A DNA stretch of 64,000 nucleotides from positions 41,912,001-41,976,000 of the forward strand of contig NC_083277.1 in the NCBI RefSeq assembly GCF_963506605.1, read 5' to 3'. Positions within the stretch are counted from its first letter, which is position 1. Every line of letters begins with the position of its first letter. The position numbers and the translations under genes were made by a program. The notes under the pieces are model-generated. The model did no database searches, was not told where the DNA came from, and was given only the letters and a program-made list of their open reading frames with translations. Below, piece by piece: positions 1-12,900 of this stretch. This stretch comes from Zootoca vivipara (Eukaryota).

Positions 1-290
1 AATTCAAAAGCATCAATTCTTCGGCGCTCAGCCTTCTTTATGGTCCAGCTCTCACTTCCATACATCACTACTGGGAAAACCATAGCTTTAACATGGATCA
101 ATGCCTTGTCGTGGCAAAGGGGCTTGAATAACTCAGAGAAGCTATGAGCTATGCCATGCAGGGCCACCCAAGATGGACAGGTCATAGTGGAGAGTTTTGA
201 CTAAACGTGATCCACCTGGAGAAGGAACTGGCAAGCCACTCCAGTATCCCTGCCAAGAAAACTCCATGGACAAAGACAACAGGCATATAA
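1..290. mobile_element. BovB LINE with inverted 5' segment (continues left of the window)
   Basis: 1-91 is the reverse complement of BovB ORF sequence (cf. ~44375-44470); 92-290 resembles the BovB 5' region in + orientation (GGAGAAGGAACTGGCAAGCCACTCCAGTAT). Confidence 0.8.
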
Positions 291-837
291 AAGTTAAAGG
301 TTTACACACACACAAATCCAGGCAAACAAGTGGCATTATCAAGGGACAGATAGAAGTATCTGGAGTCCCAGGACTATCTTAAGAGACACTCCCTATTTCT
401 CTCCTAGGAAGGACTGGTTCTTCAAAGATGATGGTTTCTACAACATATTTGTGCTTCATCCAAGCTAATGATCTTAACCATATCCAATTCATATAGTTGA
501 GACTTATTTTAATCTCATGTCAGCTCCACTTATTTTCCATCATGGAGACAAATGGGTCTCATCTAGGAAGCTCCAAATCTGAACCAAGTGATAAAGACAA
601 AAGGGAGCAGAAGAAAGATTGTGTTGTTTCTGACTGGCACAGATAATTGCATTAACAAGAGTAGCCTTCCTGCTCCAGAAGTTGCACACAATGGACAGAT
701 CACAGGAAAAAGCTTACTAGTCAAATAGCTTGGGCTTTACGTCCAAGTGAGAGTCAGGGACCTGGAGAAACATTCAAAGATCCACTCAGAAAGTGCAAAG
801 CAGGAACTACCCAACTTTTTTTTTAAAAAAATCATAC

Positions 838-923
838 CATCCAGTTGAGCCATCAGTGCGTTACGAACAATGTTTTTGGCTCTCTTCACCTCGCTGTCAG
901 TCACACTGGTACAGAGGCGCATC
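838..923 (-). CDS. UQCRC1: UQCRC1 exon 10
   Basis: [28 protein letters not shown] (86 nt), gtgcag|...|gtatga. Confidence 0.95.
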
Positions 924-3900
924 CTGCACAGGAAGCAGAGGGGAAATGTTAATCAAATGCCAACCACTTTTAGGCGACTCTGCCTTTCATGTTTTCATAG
1001 GCTCAATATTTAATCTTTACTATGGTTACTAATCAATAGACAAAACCTGAGAGGTGCAAGCCATATAAGAAGTGATCAAAAAGCAGCACAATCATGGGCA
1101 AATGAGTTAATATCCTGAATGTGATGTCTGCATACCAGCCCTCAATGTTATTCATATTCTTTTCTATATAACACATGTAATTGATGCTTCTTCCTTAATA
1201 GGCTTAATTGACATTTTCAATACCTATGGCCCCGAGAGATTTACACATGTCATAGATGGGTTGTAGTGAGATACATTGTGAAGCCTTATACTGTCCTGTC
1301 TATACCTAGTATTTGTAAAGCTAACTCAATGTACTTTAGGAACAAAGCTGGCAATGAGCTCATACTCACCATTCACCCTGGGCAAAGTGCAGTGTATCTT
1401 CAATATTCAAAGCATCAGAAACAAAATAGAGACCGAACAGACCTGTGTCAGAGTAGCAAGTGTTGAAGGATTGGAAACTTTGACACAGCTTGTTTTCCAC
1501 AGCAATTCTAGCCAGCCTGCTCGACTGATTCTGTAGGTAAAATAATTATGACCAGTTATGGCCATCTGGTTTGCCCACCAAACCCACCAAGAAGTTAAAA
1601 TTAAGGAAGCAGAAAACCCAGACATCATAGACCACTGTGACTGTGGATGAAATCCACACTCTGTGACAGAGACTGTTCCTCAATTGCACAGATACTATGA
1701 GAATGGAAGTCAGAAAACCAAAGGGACTAGCCTGGCAATTACTTTGAAATTTGTTTGCTTTGGAGATAGTTTCAAACTTGCCATGTGAGAATCCCAATTC
1801 CTTGGGTCGCTCAGTATGCAGTTTCATGTTGCAGTGCAGTGCAGTCACTGCTCTCTCCACCCCCCCACCCCCCAAAATTTGGGGCACTAGTTTTTGCTGG
1901 GGTTTTTTAACCCAGACTATACAAGGAGGTACTTTATAATGAACGAAACCATTGTCTCACTTGTCCTGTTTTCAATTACCCTAACAAGAAGCAGATCAAT
2001 TGGAGATATTAAGGGCTGAGCCTGGGGTTTCTATATGCAAGGGACATACAATGAGCTACAACCCTTGTCGACACCTGCCAGAAAGACATCAAGGAGCACA
2101 TTCTCAGATTTATATTCATGTTGATAGTCAAAGATAAACACACAGCAGTTTGTGGTTCTATTCTCATGACTAGCAGTAGCTGAATTATCTAAGTGCATGA
2201 AGATAGCAGAAACAGATGCATCAATAAGTCAAAATCTAAGCATGTCTTGACTGTTCAAAGTGCCTGAATGCTGACCTACTCAAGCACTGCACCAGCAGCG
2301 AACGCATGTAGTGAACTGATGATTAACTCTAAATGATCTGAGTTCCCTCAATGAGACTTTAAATCCAAGGCATGTAATCTTGCCTTCCTCAAGCCTATTG
2401 TTTTCCAGAGACCTGTATATTCAAATGTGAAAGGCAAGAATCATTTTCCAGGCAACTCATGTTTACCTGACCATGTTAGATTTGAGGAGACTCACTGAAT
2501 AGATTCCCTCTCTATTCAGGAATTATGGCTTTTGAAATTACAATCTCCACAATACACTCTTCAATGTTAACAAAAATATTGGAAGTATATAGCTATAATG
2601 GAGAACAGGGCCGGCTCTAGGGGAAGGCTGGGTGGCGCGGGGTGCCAAGGCGCCGGGCCGCCAGCGGGGTGCTGCGCCCGCCCACCAGCCGCTGCAAGAA
2701 ATGGGGTGGGGGGTGGGGGCGCCGGAGCGATCTCCGCACCACGGCGCCAGGGCGCTTGACATGCTTAAGACGGCCCTGATGCAGGATATCACACATAATT
2801 TGAGATTTCAACAAGGACTAGAGCAGGCATCCCCAAACTGCGGCCTTCCATATGTTTTGGCCTACAATTCCCATGATCCCTAGCTAACAGGACCAGTGGT
2901 CGGAAAGATGGGAGTTGTAGTCCAAAACATCTGGGAGTTGTAGGGCCAAAGTTTGGGGGTGCCTGGACTAGAGCCTCTAGACAGTTTTAACAGATTTGGC
3001 AATCCTTTATGACAGATACAGTGGAAGCAACAGACAAGCCAAGCAAATCTGGAACTATGCTTGGTGTTCTGATAATTTAAAGGCAGCCCTGTTTAGGGAA
3101 GTTTTTAATGACTGACGTTTTATTGTGTTTTTAATATCCTGTTGGAAGCCGGCCAGAGTGGCTGGGGAGGCCCAGCCAGATGGGCGGGGTACAAGTAATA
3201 GATGATGATGACAGTCTACCTGAACTTTGCTATTTTAACTCATGTGCAACTAACTCAAACACAACATCAAATTAAGGCCACATTTTCACACTATGGGTTC
3301 ATCTACCTAAAACAGCAAAGTGCTGTATAATTTTGCTGGCATACAAAATGGAAATGCATGTGGGAGGAGACTGTTACAAGTAATGCAAAATAGATATCCC
3401 AGTCCCATAGGAACTTACCTTGCCACCACCAAAAGTAACATCGTATCGCCCAATGACTGCATTAGCTACCAGAAGGGGAATATTGTCTGGACTGGCCCAG
3501 CCTGGTCCCTCCACTGCAATAGCAACATGAGCCAAAGGCATATCATCATCTCTGACTCTGATCTGGAAAAACACACACGAGAAATGAGTTCAGGTTTCAG
3601 GAGTGGACTGTGAGATCACATGCACTGTTCCCTCTCACCACATATTGCTGATAGATAGCACAGAAGAGGGCAGAGCACATTTAAACAATAGGGAGGCACA
3701 GGAATCCATATGCAGGATCTTTGTGCCTGCACACTCCAATCCTAAACTTGGGTTTTCAGCTTCAAAAATATGTATAAATACAGAGCAGCCTCTTACAATA
3801 GTTTGTCCAAAAAGAGGGGTTTGACAAAAAGAAAAGAAAAAAAAGGGAGAGAGGAAGGCTATATTCTGGGGAGGTGAATTCAAGACTAGAATACAATTTT

Positions 3901-6900
3901 GCTACACAAAAGGAGTCAGCAAACTATTTTATCACTATTAAGAACTGCCTAAGTGAAATTGACACTTTCTGAGATTCACTCTCTGCTTGTTAAGGATGCA
4001 AAGTATTTAAGACTCTACCTCACTCCCAGTGAAGCGGCAGTACGGAGGAATGGGGATTGTGTCGTCCTTGTATTCGTAGGGAACATTGCCAAAATGCTGC
4101 TTGGCAAGCTCCACAACTTCTTTGTGGCTGACCCCTAGTAAAGAAAGCAAAAGGAGTGACAACAATACAATGGCTTCTGTTTTCAAGAAAGAATACAAAA
4201 AAAATTTGTTGTTTGGCAGCTGCATAAGATGTTAAAATCTTATTCTCTGATAGCTCTTTGGGCAAAAGTAGTTTAGCAGAAATTTACACAGTGCATATTG
4301 TCACAGGAAAGTTAATTCTCCCACCCCAATTAAAATTTATTCACCAAGTCTATCTACTCAAACGTCTTTTACTACATAAAAACATTTTATCTGATTTCAT
4401 GTGAAACTGAAAAAAGTAAACTGGACGTTCTGTTAGTTTAGGCCCTATTAATTTCATTTTCACTATGCTAGGAAGGAAAAAAAACTGGGAATGTGGTCCA
4501 TTCAATCATAACATAAGACCTCAAAAGACATGGAATATGATTCTTGATTCTAAGCTTCCTTGATTGATTGCTATGCATATACAGGGTGTAGTGTGTACTT
4601 CTAGAAAACATTCAGAAAAGATTCTGACAAAGGCCAGTGAAATAAAGGAACTGCAAGTACCACCAGGGGAAGTTGTTTGATTTCCCTCTTGCCTTTGATG
4701 GGCTAATCTGACTTGAGATATTTTGCCATCTGCCCAATGCTGGCCCCTACTGTAATCCTATTGACATTGGTATATACCATAATTGTACATCAGGCCAGTC
4801 TAAGAAAGAGGAGTTATTCCTAACAGTAAACTAGTACCGACCTCCAGCAGCTGCCAGGACCATGCGAGGGGCTTTGTAGTGAGTCTCAATATATTCTGTT
4901 AGATTTGCACGGGACAAATGCCTAATGAAAATACAAAAAAATACATTAAATATGCAGAGATGAGTTTCTTGTGCAGTTTTTACACCACTGCAATTCAAGC
5001 ACTCTGGAGACCCCTACCTTTCCTTCCTAACAGATAGTAGCTGCAATCAAACTAGCTTAGGATACTTAATTCCTGTTTTTTTTATTAAAAAAAACCAATT
5101 GTTCTAAAATATGTATAACTGCGCAGGATTGTAATGTCTCAGTCACATGGAATTAGCATGAGAATCATTTCATTGGACTTGGACCTGAAGAGATGCCAAT
5201 CTGGATCTCTGCTCAGAAGGGAAGTATTAGACAAATCACTGTTCCTCACCCAGTGTGCTTTATTTGGAAAACGGGAACAACAGTGATCAATTCTTAATAA
5301 AAGTTGTAAAAATACAGACTGTCAAGTCCTTGGCAACGTCTTGCACTACTGATCTGCTTTCAATTGCAACTTCTTTCTAAAGTTTAGTATGTTAAGCTTT
5401 TAGTCCTGTTGTTGGAAAGCCGTTATCCCTCTTCTTTTCAACATCCATTAAAATAATGCAGGAAGTCCCAGGTTCAATCTCCAGCAAGTCCGTGTAGGAC
5501 AAAGAATGTCACCTGCATGAAACCCTGGAGAGCTGTTGTCAATCAGTGTCAACAATATTGAGCTAGGTAGACCAACGGTCTAACCTGGTATAAAGTATCC
5601 TATGCTCGCCATTTAAATACACACCTTCTCTTTGCTTTTGTTAAGGCCCTTGCTACCTTATGTATTATATGATACACCTTACCATTTATTTCAGTTATTT
5701 ACTTCAAACAAGAACCTCCATAAAATATAATCTAGCAGTGGAGGGGAAATGATTTCAGATGCGCTTTATTAGCCAGGGAATAAGCTCTCCTTACTTTGCA
5801 TTTGCTGTTGTTCCTTCAACAGTCCGGCTCAATGCAGTGCCTTGATAAGCTGTAGCGTGAAGGTAATCAAAGGTGACATGGGACAAGCTGCCATCAAGTT
5901 CTTGCATTTCTTGAAGGATGACATTCCGCTCCTTTTCAATCTGGGAATCCTCATAGCTGCCGTTCTGCACTACATCAGCCAGAATCTCAATTGCTAAAAA
6001 AAGAAAAGAAAAAGGGGTGGGGGTGAGAAGAGACATGCTGCTTAAGACATATTTTCTTGCCAAACTGAATGGAGAAGACAACTAGACATTCTTGGGCAAG
6101 AAAGGAACTTGCACACAGATAAGCATAGAGCTAATAATTGCAACTGATCTGTTTTTCAAAAGCCAAGCCATGGACCTTACTTTGGAAAATGTGGATATCT
6201 CTGCTGTAGTTTCTGGTATGTGAATGGTGCCATCATACCCCTCCCCCTGCCAATATCTCCCAGTGCAAAACTGGCGTGTGCATCTTCTGGGCTGCACTCT
6301 GGCATGAGTCACATGACCTGTGCAAGAGCATGGTGCCCCAAACATGTGTTTTGGGGCACTGCAATCTCACATGTTTTCGGGTGCTGTGCTCTTCACGAGA
6401 GCACAGCCCACCACAATGGGATGTTCCGGACATTTGACGGGTATGTTCCAAAGGCACCCTGGGATCCACAGACCACCAAGTGGGAACCACTGGCCAGTGT
6501 TCAAAACTCCCATGGTTCTAGGAGCATTTTGTGACAGGAAATTTCATTAGAGCAAGCAGTTTCTGAGCTCTGGGCACAGTATTGTGCCAAAAATTCAGAT
6601 TAAAACTGCATAATGGAAGGAAAGGAGGGCCTTTTTTCTGCCTCCCCACTTCCAGCTACTCTCTTAAGACTGGAGAAGAGACCCTGTTAAGAGTAGTAGG
6701 GGGGTGGGCAGGGGAAGGACTAGACTATGTGAAAAATGAACATGATGTTTTAGCGTAATGCAGTTCATTCATTTTCAGCTTTGTATTTTTGTTATTAAAA
6801 AGCTTGCCTAGGCATTCTGTTGTTGTGCCCATAACCTAGGTTTAAGGTGCCATTTAGCTCCTAGCTTTCATATCTCAGTTTCTAACAATGCTACTGGCAT

Positions 6901-9900
6901 ACAGCATTTATGGCATCATAAAGCTACCACACAACCAACCCCCCAGTGATGACAAATAGAACACACCCTCCATCTTATTTCCTGCCTGTCATTCGCATTC
7001 TTCTCCGCTCTGCTGGTTTTATACTTCCCCTGCTTCTATTATTCTCCATCCCTACACCTCCCAAAATCCAACATCTCATTTGGGTTTACATCTCAGTTGC
7101 CATTATATGGACCTGAATGAACAGTTCAAATGCTTAAAATACAAAGCTTTTGCTAGCATATAGGGTAGGTGGTCTATGCATCTACCATTTCGTGAAATAA
7201 TCAAAGAGTGGAATTTCTGCCAAGGCAGCACAATTTTACATCTTTTGATAATTGCTGGGATCATTGTGGCCAATTTTGGCCATCTGAAGGCAATTGCTTC
7301 TTGACAGCAATAAAGTAACCATTTGTCCAGTCTTGGGCAACTTCCTTTAGGAAACCACAACACAGAGGCTGCCAAGTGGTTAATGCACTGTTATCATGTG
7401 GAAAATTGCTTCCTGCTGACTGAAATTGGCTTAAATCAAAAGCCATTATTTTGTGTGGAAGTGCAATTAAAATACAGCCTTCTACAAAAACCCCATGGAA
7501 TTGTTTTGTCCTTTGAAAGCTAATTAAACACAAATGCAAAAAAAGCAATATCCCCGCCTGCCAAATTCTCAAGTGTCAATTAACACAACCCAATGGCACT
7601 ACCTTTGGGCAAATCTTTGGCTAGCGCTTTCATGAAGAAGGCAGTCTGCTCACGAGAGGTGTAACTATTGAGATGTGCACCCATGCTTTCAACTTCCTTT
7701 TCAAATTCAGGACCAGGGCGTTTCTTTGTACCCTAAAGAAATAGAGATAGACAAACAATTGGATATCTGGGGGCATAATGAGTATGTATCAGTAGCTGAA
7801 ACACCAGAATTTTTAACGTATGTGGAAACTCTCAAATTGCGCAACAGAATACAAATTCAACTCAACACTGTCACAAAATACTGCCACAGAGCATTTGTCT
7901 TAAGTCAATTAAAAAGAAATTCTTTAAAAAGTAGTCTCTTTCAGAATGTCTTAAAAATGCTAAGCATTTGAAGAATTCACTCTGATGTGGTGAGCACAAG
8001 TTCTCCCTGCATGTAAAGGTAAAGGGACCCCTGACCATTAGGTCCAGTCGTGACTGACTCTGGGGTTGCGCGCTCATCTCGCATTATTGGCCAAGGGAGC
8101 CGGCGTATAGCTTCCAGGTCATGTGGCCAGCATGACAAAGCCGCTTCTGGTGAACTAGAGCAGCACACGGAAACGCCGTTTACCTTCCCGCTGTAGCGGT
8201 TCCTATTTATCTACTTGCATTTTGACGTGCTTTCGAACTGCTAGGTTGGCAGGAGCTGGGACCAAGCAACGGGAGCTCACCCCGTCACAGGGATTCGAAC
8301 CGCCGACCTTCTGATCAGCAAGCCCTAGGCTCAGTGGTTTAACCACAGCGCCACCTGGGTCCCTTCTCCCTGCATGTGGATATGTACAAATAATATTCAC
8401 CATACAAAGGACATAGTAATCACTTTATTACATTTTTATTCTTTCTCCTCAATGAAGTGGAATATGAGAATCTGATTTCAGCCACAGAGAATAATGGGAG
8501 AAACAATCATTAAGAACAGGCTGATTAAATTTACAGACACATATCATGGTGGATCAGAGAATCAGTGCTGCTTTATAAAGGCTATTCATGCTCTTCCCAA
8601 ATATACTGAAACTATCAGATAAGTATGATCCAATAAATCTGATTTTTCTAGAAGTCCTTGCCAGAGATCACTGCAAAGTCATGCACTCATTGCCAATGCT
8701 GGTCTTTCTTTTTTCCTATTAACTAGCCCTGATTATCTTTATGTGGGTTGTAAAGAAATCAGACTGTGTAAAAGAAATTGGGAGGGAATATGGGGTTAAT
8801 TTGCTTCCTAGAGCTAACCTTGGCTGGCTAGTAAATATCTCGAGATGCTAAAAAACTAAAGAGGTAAAGTGTGAATTCCAATTATACTGGTCTGTAAAAG
8901 GCATTAAAGCAAAAGAATGCATCTTTGATGTTGGTTTGTTTGTGGACTGGGATATAAAGGATAAGAGGTAATACCAAGCTTAGGGAAGGAGGAAGGAGAG
9001 CAGGCTGGTAAGATCCTAAGGATTCTGACTGAAAGATCCTTGCTTAACAGAACTCTAGCTGACAGGCTAGCAGGATTCAAAATGCCAATCAACTGTATCC
9101 AAACAAGACAAAAGACTGCTCCATGATCTAAGGAAACATCATGCAAAATTTGGTTACAATAGCCTTAGAGGTCTCCAGATGCATAGTGAACAGACAAACA
9201 AGTCTCCAAAAATATTTAGAAAATATTGACACCTCACCTTAAAAGCCAGGTGTTCCACAAAGTTGCCAACTCCATTGTTCTTCTCAGTTTCATAGCGGCT
9301 TCCCACTCTGATCCACACCCCAACCTGACAAAAAAGAAACAGTGAGTAAATACATTACGTATTAGACCAATTCTCCAGACGTTTGTCTGCTATTAAGAGT
9401 ACACAGAAAGCAGTAGCTTACCTACAATTTTCACTACACAGAGAATGACAATTACACTCTTAAATCCCTATTTCTCCCTGTATTTTGTAGTTTACAGAGG
9501 CTTTTCTTACTGAGGCACAGCCTTTCTACTAATTGAATTTGTTCAAAGCATAATTGGAATTGAAAGTACAACAGGGGTTTGGTTCTAAAGCCTCCTCAGT
9601 GGTGGCACCCCTGGTGTGGAATAGCCACCACAAAGATAAATGCCTTCCTTATGGCCGTTTTCATGCCAGATTAAGACCTTTTCATTATCTTAGGCCACGG
9701 GTGTCAAACACAAGGCCCGGGGCCCAAATCCGGCCCGCCAGACCTCGTCATGTGGCCCGCCGAGCGCCCCAGCCAGCGGGACCCAGCAGTGGGACCTTGC
9801 TGCTGAAGCGCCGCGCCAACAAAGCGCCGACAAACAGCTGGGGCCGGGGAAATGCTTTTTGCCCCTGGTTCCCTTCGCGCTCTTTTCTGGCGCTGAATCA

Positions 9901-12900
9901 AGGCGGCGACCCTCCCTTCCCTTTCTCTCTTCCTCTCTCTCGTTCTTATTCTTTCTTTCCCTCTCCTTCCTTCCTTCTTTATCTCTGTCTTCTCTCCCTC
10001 TTTCTTTTTCTTTCCTTCTTTATTCCTTCTTTCCTACTCTTCTTTCTCTCACCTCTTTCCTTCCTCTCTCCCTCCTGCTCCCTCTTTTCTTCCTTCCTTC
10101 CTTCCTTCCTTTCTTCCTTCCGTCCTTCCCAACTTTCTTCCTCTCCCTCATTCTTATTCTTTCTTTCCCTCTACTTCCTTCCTTCTTTCTCCCTTTCCGT
10201 CTTCTCTCCCTCTTTCTTTTTCTTTCCTTCTTTATTCTCTTCCTTATTTCCTANNNNNNNNNNNNNNNNNNNNNNNNNNNNNNNNNNNNNNNNNNNNNNN
10301 NNNNNNNNNNNNNNNNNNNNNNNNNNNNNNNNNNNNNNNNNNNNNNNNNNNNNNNNNNNNNNNNNNNNNNNNNNNNNNNNNNNNNNNNATAGGATGCTGC
10401 TTTATACTTCTGGCCCTTAAACCCTGGAACCAGGAGAGCAGCTCCAGTGAGTCAACCTCAGCCAGTCCCTTTGGTGAAGGGTGGTGGCTCACTGGCAGAA
10501 CATCTGTCCTGCATGCAGAAGGACCCCAGCATCTCCAGGTACTAGTAGCTCTGCAAAGGTCCTGCATGAAACCCTAGTGAGCCTCCACCACCCAGTGCAG
10601 TTACCAAAAATCATTTTTCAATAAATTGTACAATAATTGTACATTTGAATATCTACTTGCCATTATTCTGACTATGTTTCTGCTTTCAGAGCTAGTTATT
10701 ACTTACATTATTACAAAAAACAGTAATAATTGAATGCAGTGACAATAATTTATGATAATAAAGAGTGGACACATAGTCCTACAGATACAACCGGCCCTTT
10801 GAGGGTGACCAAACTGCTGATGCGGCCCCCGATGAATTTGAGTTTGACACCCCTGTCTTAGGCTCTTAAAATCTTAATTTTAATCCCACTGATTATATGC
10901 AGCAATGGCTTTTAAAATATTGTCATATATTGCATTTTATTATTTTATGCCCAGGAATGGCTTGTGTCTAGGTACAGCTTATTAGAACTATAAAGGTGTC
11001 TCTATTTGTAGCAATCTGGCTGAAGTTATTTATTCTACTCCATTGCCTTAAGGTACTCCAAGTGAGCCAGAGTTACATTATAGAAGAGTGTTTTAGTAAG
11101 AAGAGCAATTCTTTCCTTTAGCAGCAAACAGCCTTTAAAACTATAAAGTCGCCATTATAATAAGTCCTAAAAACAGGGCTGCTGATGAAGAATACTTGAA
11201 TGGGCAGAAACCAGTAAATATGCCAATGGGATGTCAAAGGCATAATACAGTCCAGAATTTGTGTTCCTTTCACTACCCTTTCATACACTTTTCAGAGTTA
11301 TTCAAACCTCATATGACCAAGATACGTTCTTCCTGTATCTTCTTACATTGTCTATCACCACTCTAGGTCAGTTGTTTTTAACCTTGAGAGAAATCTTTCC
11401 AAGTTGACTTGTCTACTGAGGTCAGAGGTCCTATGTGCCTTGTTGAAGATTCTGAAGCATATTTTAGGGATTGGCTCAGCCAGCTGGTCCTCACTGTTGC
11501 CCTGCCTAAACTGAAACTGAACCCGAGAAAACACTCAACGGCTATACACTGAAGAGTAGATCAGTTGCGCTGGGCATGTTTCAGGAACATTTGCCTGTCA
11601 TTCTGGCCTTCTCACGGAGAAGCCCCAGATAAGCTTCCACAGGAACCTTAGGGTTCTTCAGAATAAAGTATGAGAATCACTTTCATTGATCAGTAGCAAG
11701 CAAAGAACAAACAAGCAAAGTTCAAAGAGACGCATCGTCACTTGCTGCTTCATATCTGTGAATTCCTTTTCCTGGAGAGTCACTGAAGTCAGAACATTTT
11801 TTGAATCAGCGAGCAGAATAATTTAGTGTTTGGTCCTCATTTAGTTTGATATTTATCTTTTAGAATTTTCTTTTCTTTTTCAAAATTTCTTTTCTATTTT
11901 CCAAAATAGTACTTTTTAACTTAAAACTCGGAAAGATGGCAGGTTATATGCTTCAATAAAAAAATTAGCAAACTTAAACTAAACATAGGCCCAACTGAAA
12001 CAACAGAGATTCTTATTTTCAGAACCCCATATTATGCTTACCGTACAAGTAGGCTGGCCAGATTGTTCAGAAGCAACATGTAAGCCATTGTCTAGAGTGG
12101 TGACATGTGTCTCAGGAATATTATGCAGCACCTGAGCATAAGATGCAGTGCTTCCTCTTCTTGTAAAACTCCATAAAGCTGGCTAAAGAAAAGTTTATTG
12201 TCAAAAGCACAATTCATATAACAAGATAAATACACGAAGAGTCTTATAAAGACATCAGAGAAATGTGAAAAATTACTTGTATGAAATTTTATGTTGTTAC
12301 AGAAACCACCTGATGAAATGTGACCACCACCAAAAAAAAATCCCAGAGTTAATACAAAAAATAACTTCTGATCAGAAAGACGACACCATGGGATATGCAT
12401 ACATCAAATACCTGAATGGAGTTTTCAGTATTACATCACCAGTATCTAACTGACCTAACCAATTCCTTCCTATAAGGGTTCAACACACCAGAAAATCCAT
12501 TTTTGTTCAAAAGAAGCACTACAGAGAGATGGCTATGCAACTTTCCACTGACTGAGCTGAATGTAAAAGGTAAAGGTAAAGGGACCCCTGACCATTAGGT
12601 CCAGTCGTGACCGACTCTGGGGTTGCGCGCTCATCTCGCATTATTGGCCGAGGGAGCCGGCGTATAGCTTCCAGGTCATGTGGCCAGCATGACAAAGCCG
12701 CTTCTGGCAAACCAGAGCAGCACATGGAAACGCCGTTTACCTTCCCGCTATAGCGGTTCCTATTTATCTACTTGCATTTTGATGTGCTTTCGAACTGCTA
12801 GGTTGGCAGGAGCTGGGACCGAGCAACGGGAGCTCACCCCGTCACAGGGATTCGAACCGCTGACCTTCGGATCAGCAAGCCCTAGGCTCAGTGGTTTAGC

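Noticed and set aside
92-150. GCC-TTGTCGT-GGC hairpin in the BovB 5' segment as a possible HDV-like ribozyme P3/L3
   Set aside because: I could not build P1, P2 or P1.1 by eye, and the loop deviates from consensus.
4620-4800. Two hairpins in UQCRC1 intron 6 as a second snoRNA
   Set aside because: There is no properly placed ACA box or convincing H box.
9554-10567. Long ORFs (288, 177 and 107 aa)
   Set aside because: They run through CT-rich low-complexity sequence and an N gap inside a hAT element, so they are not genes.
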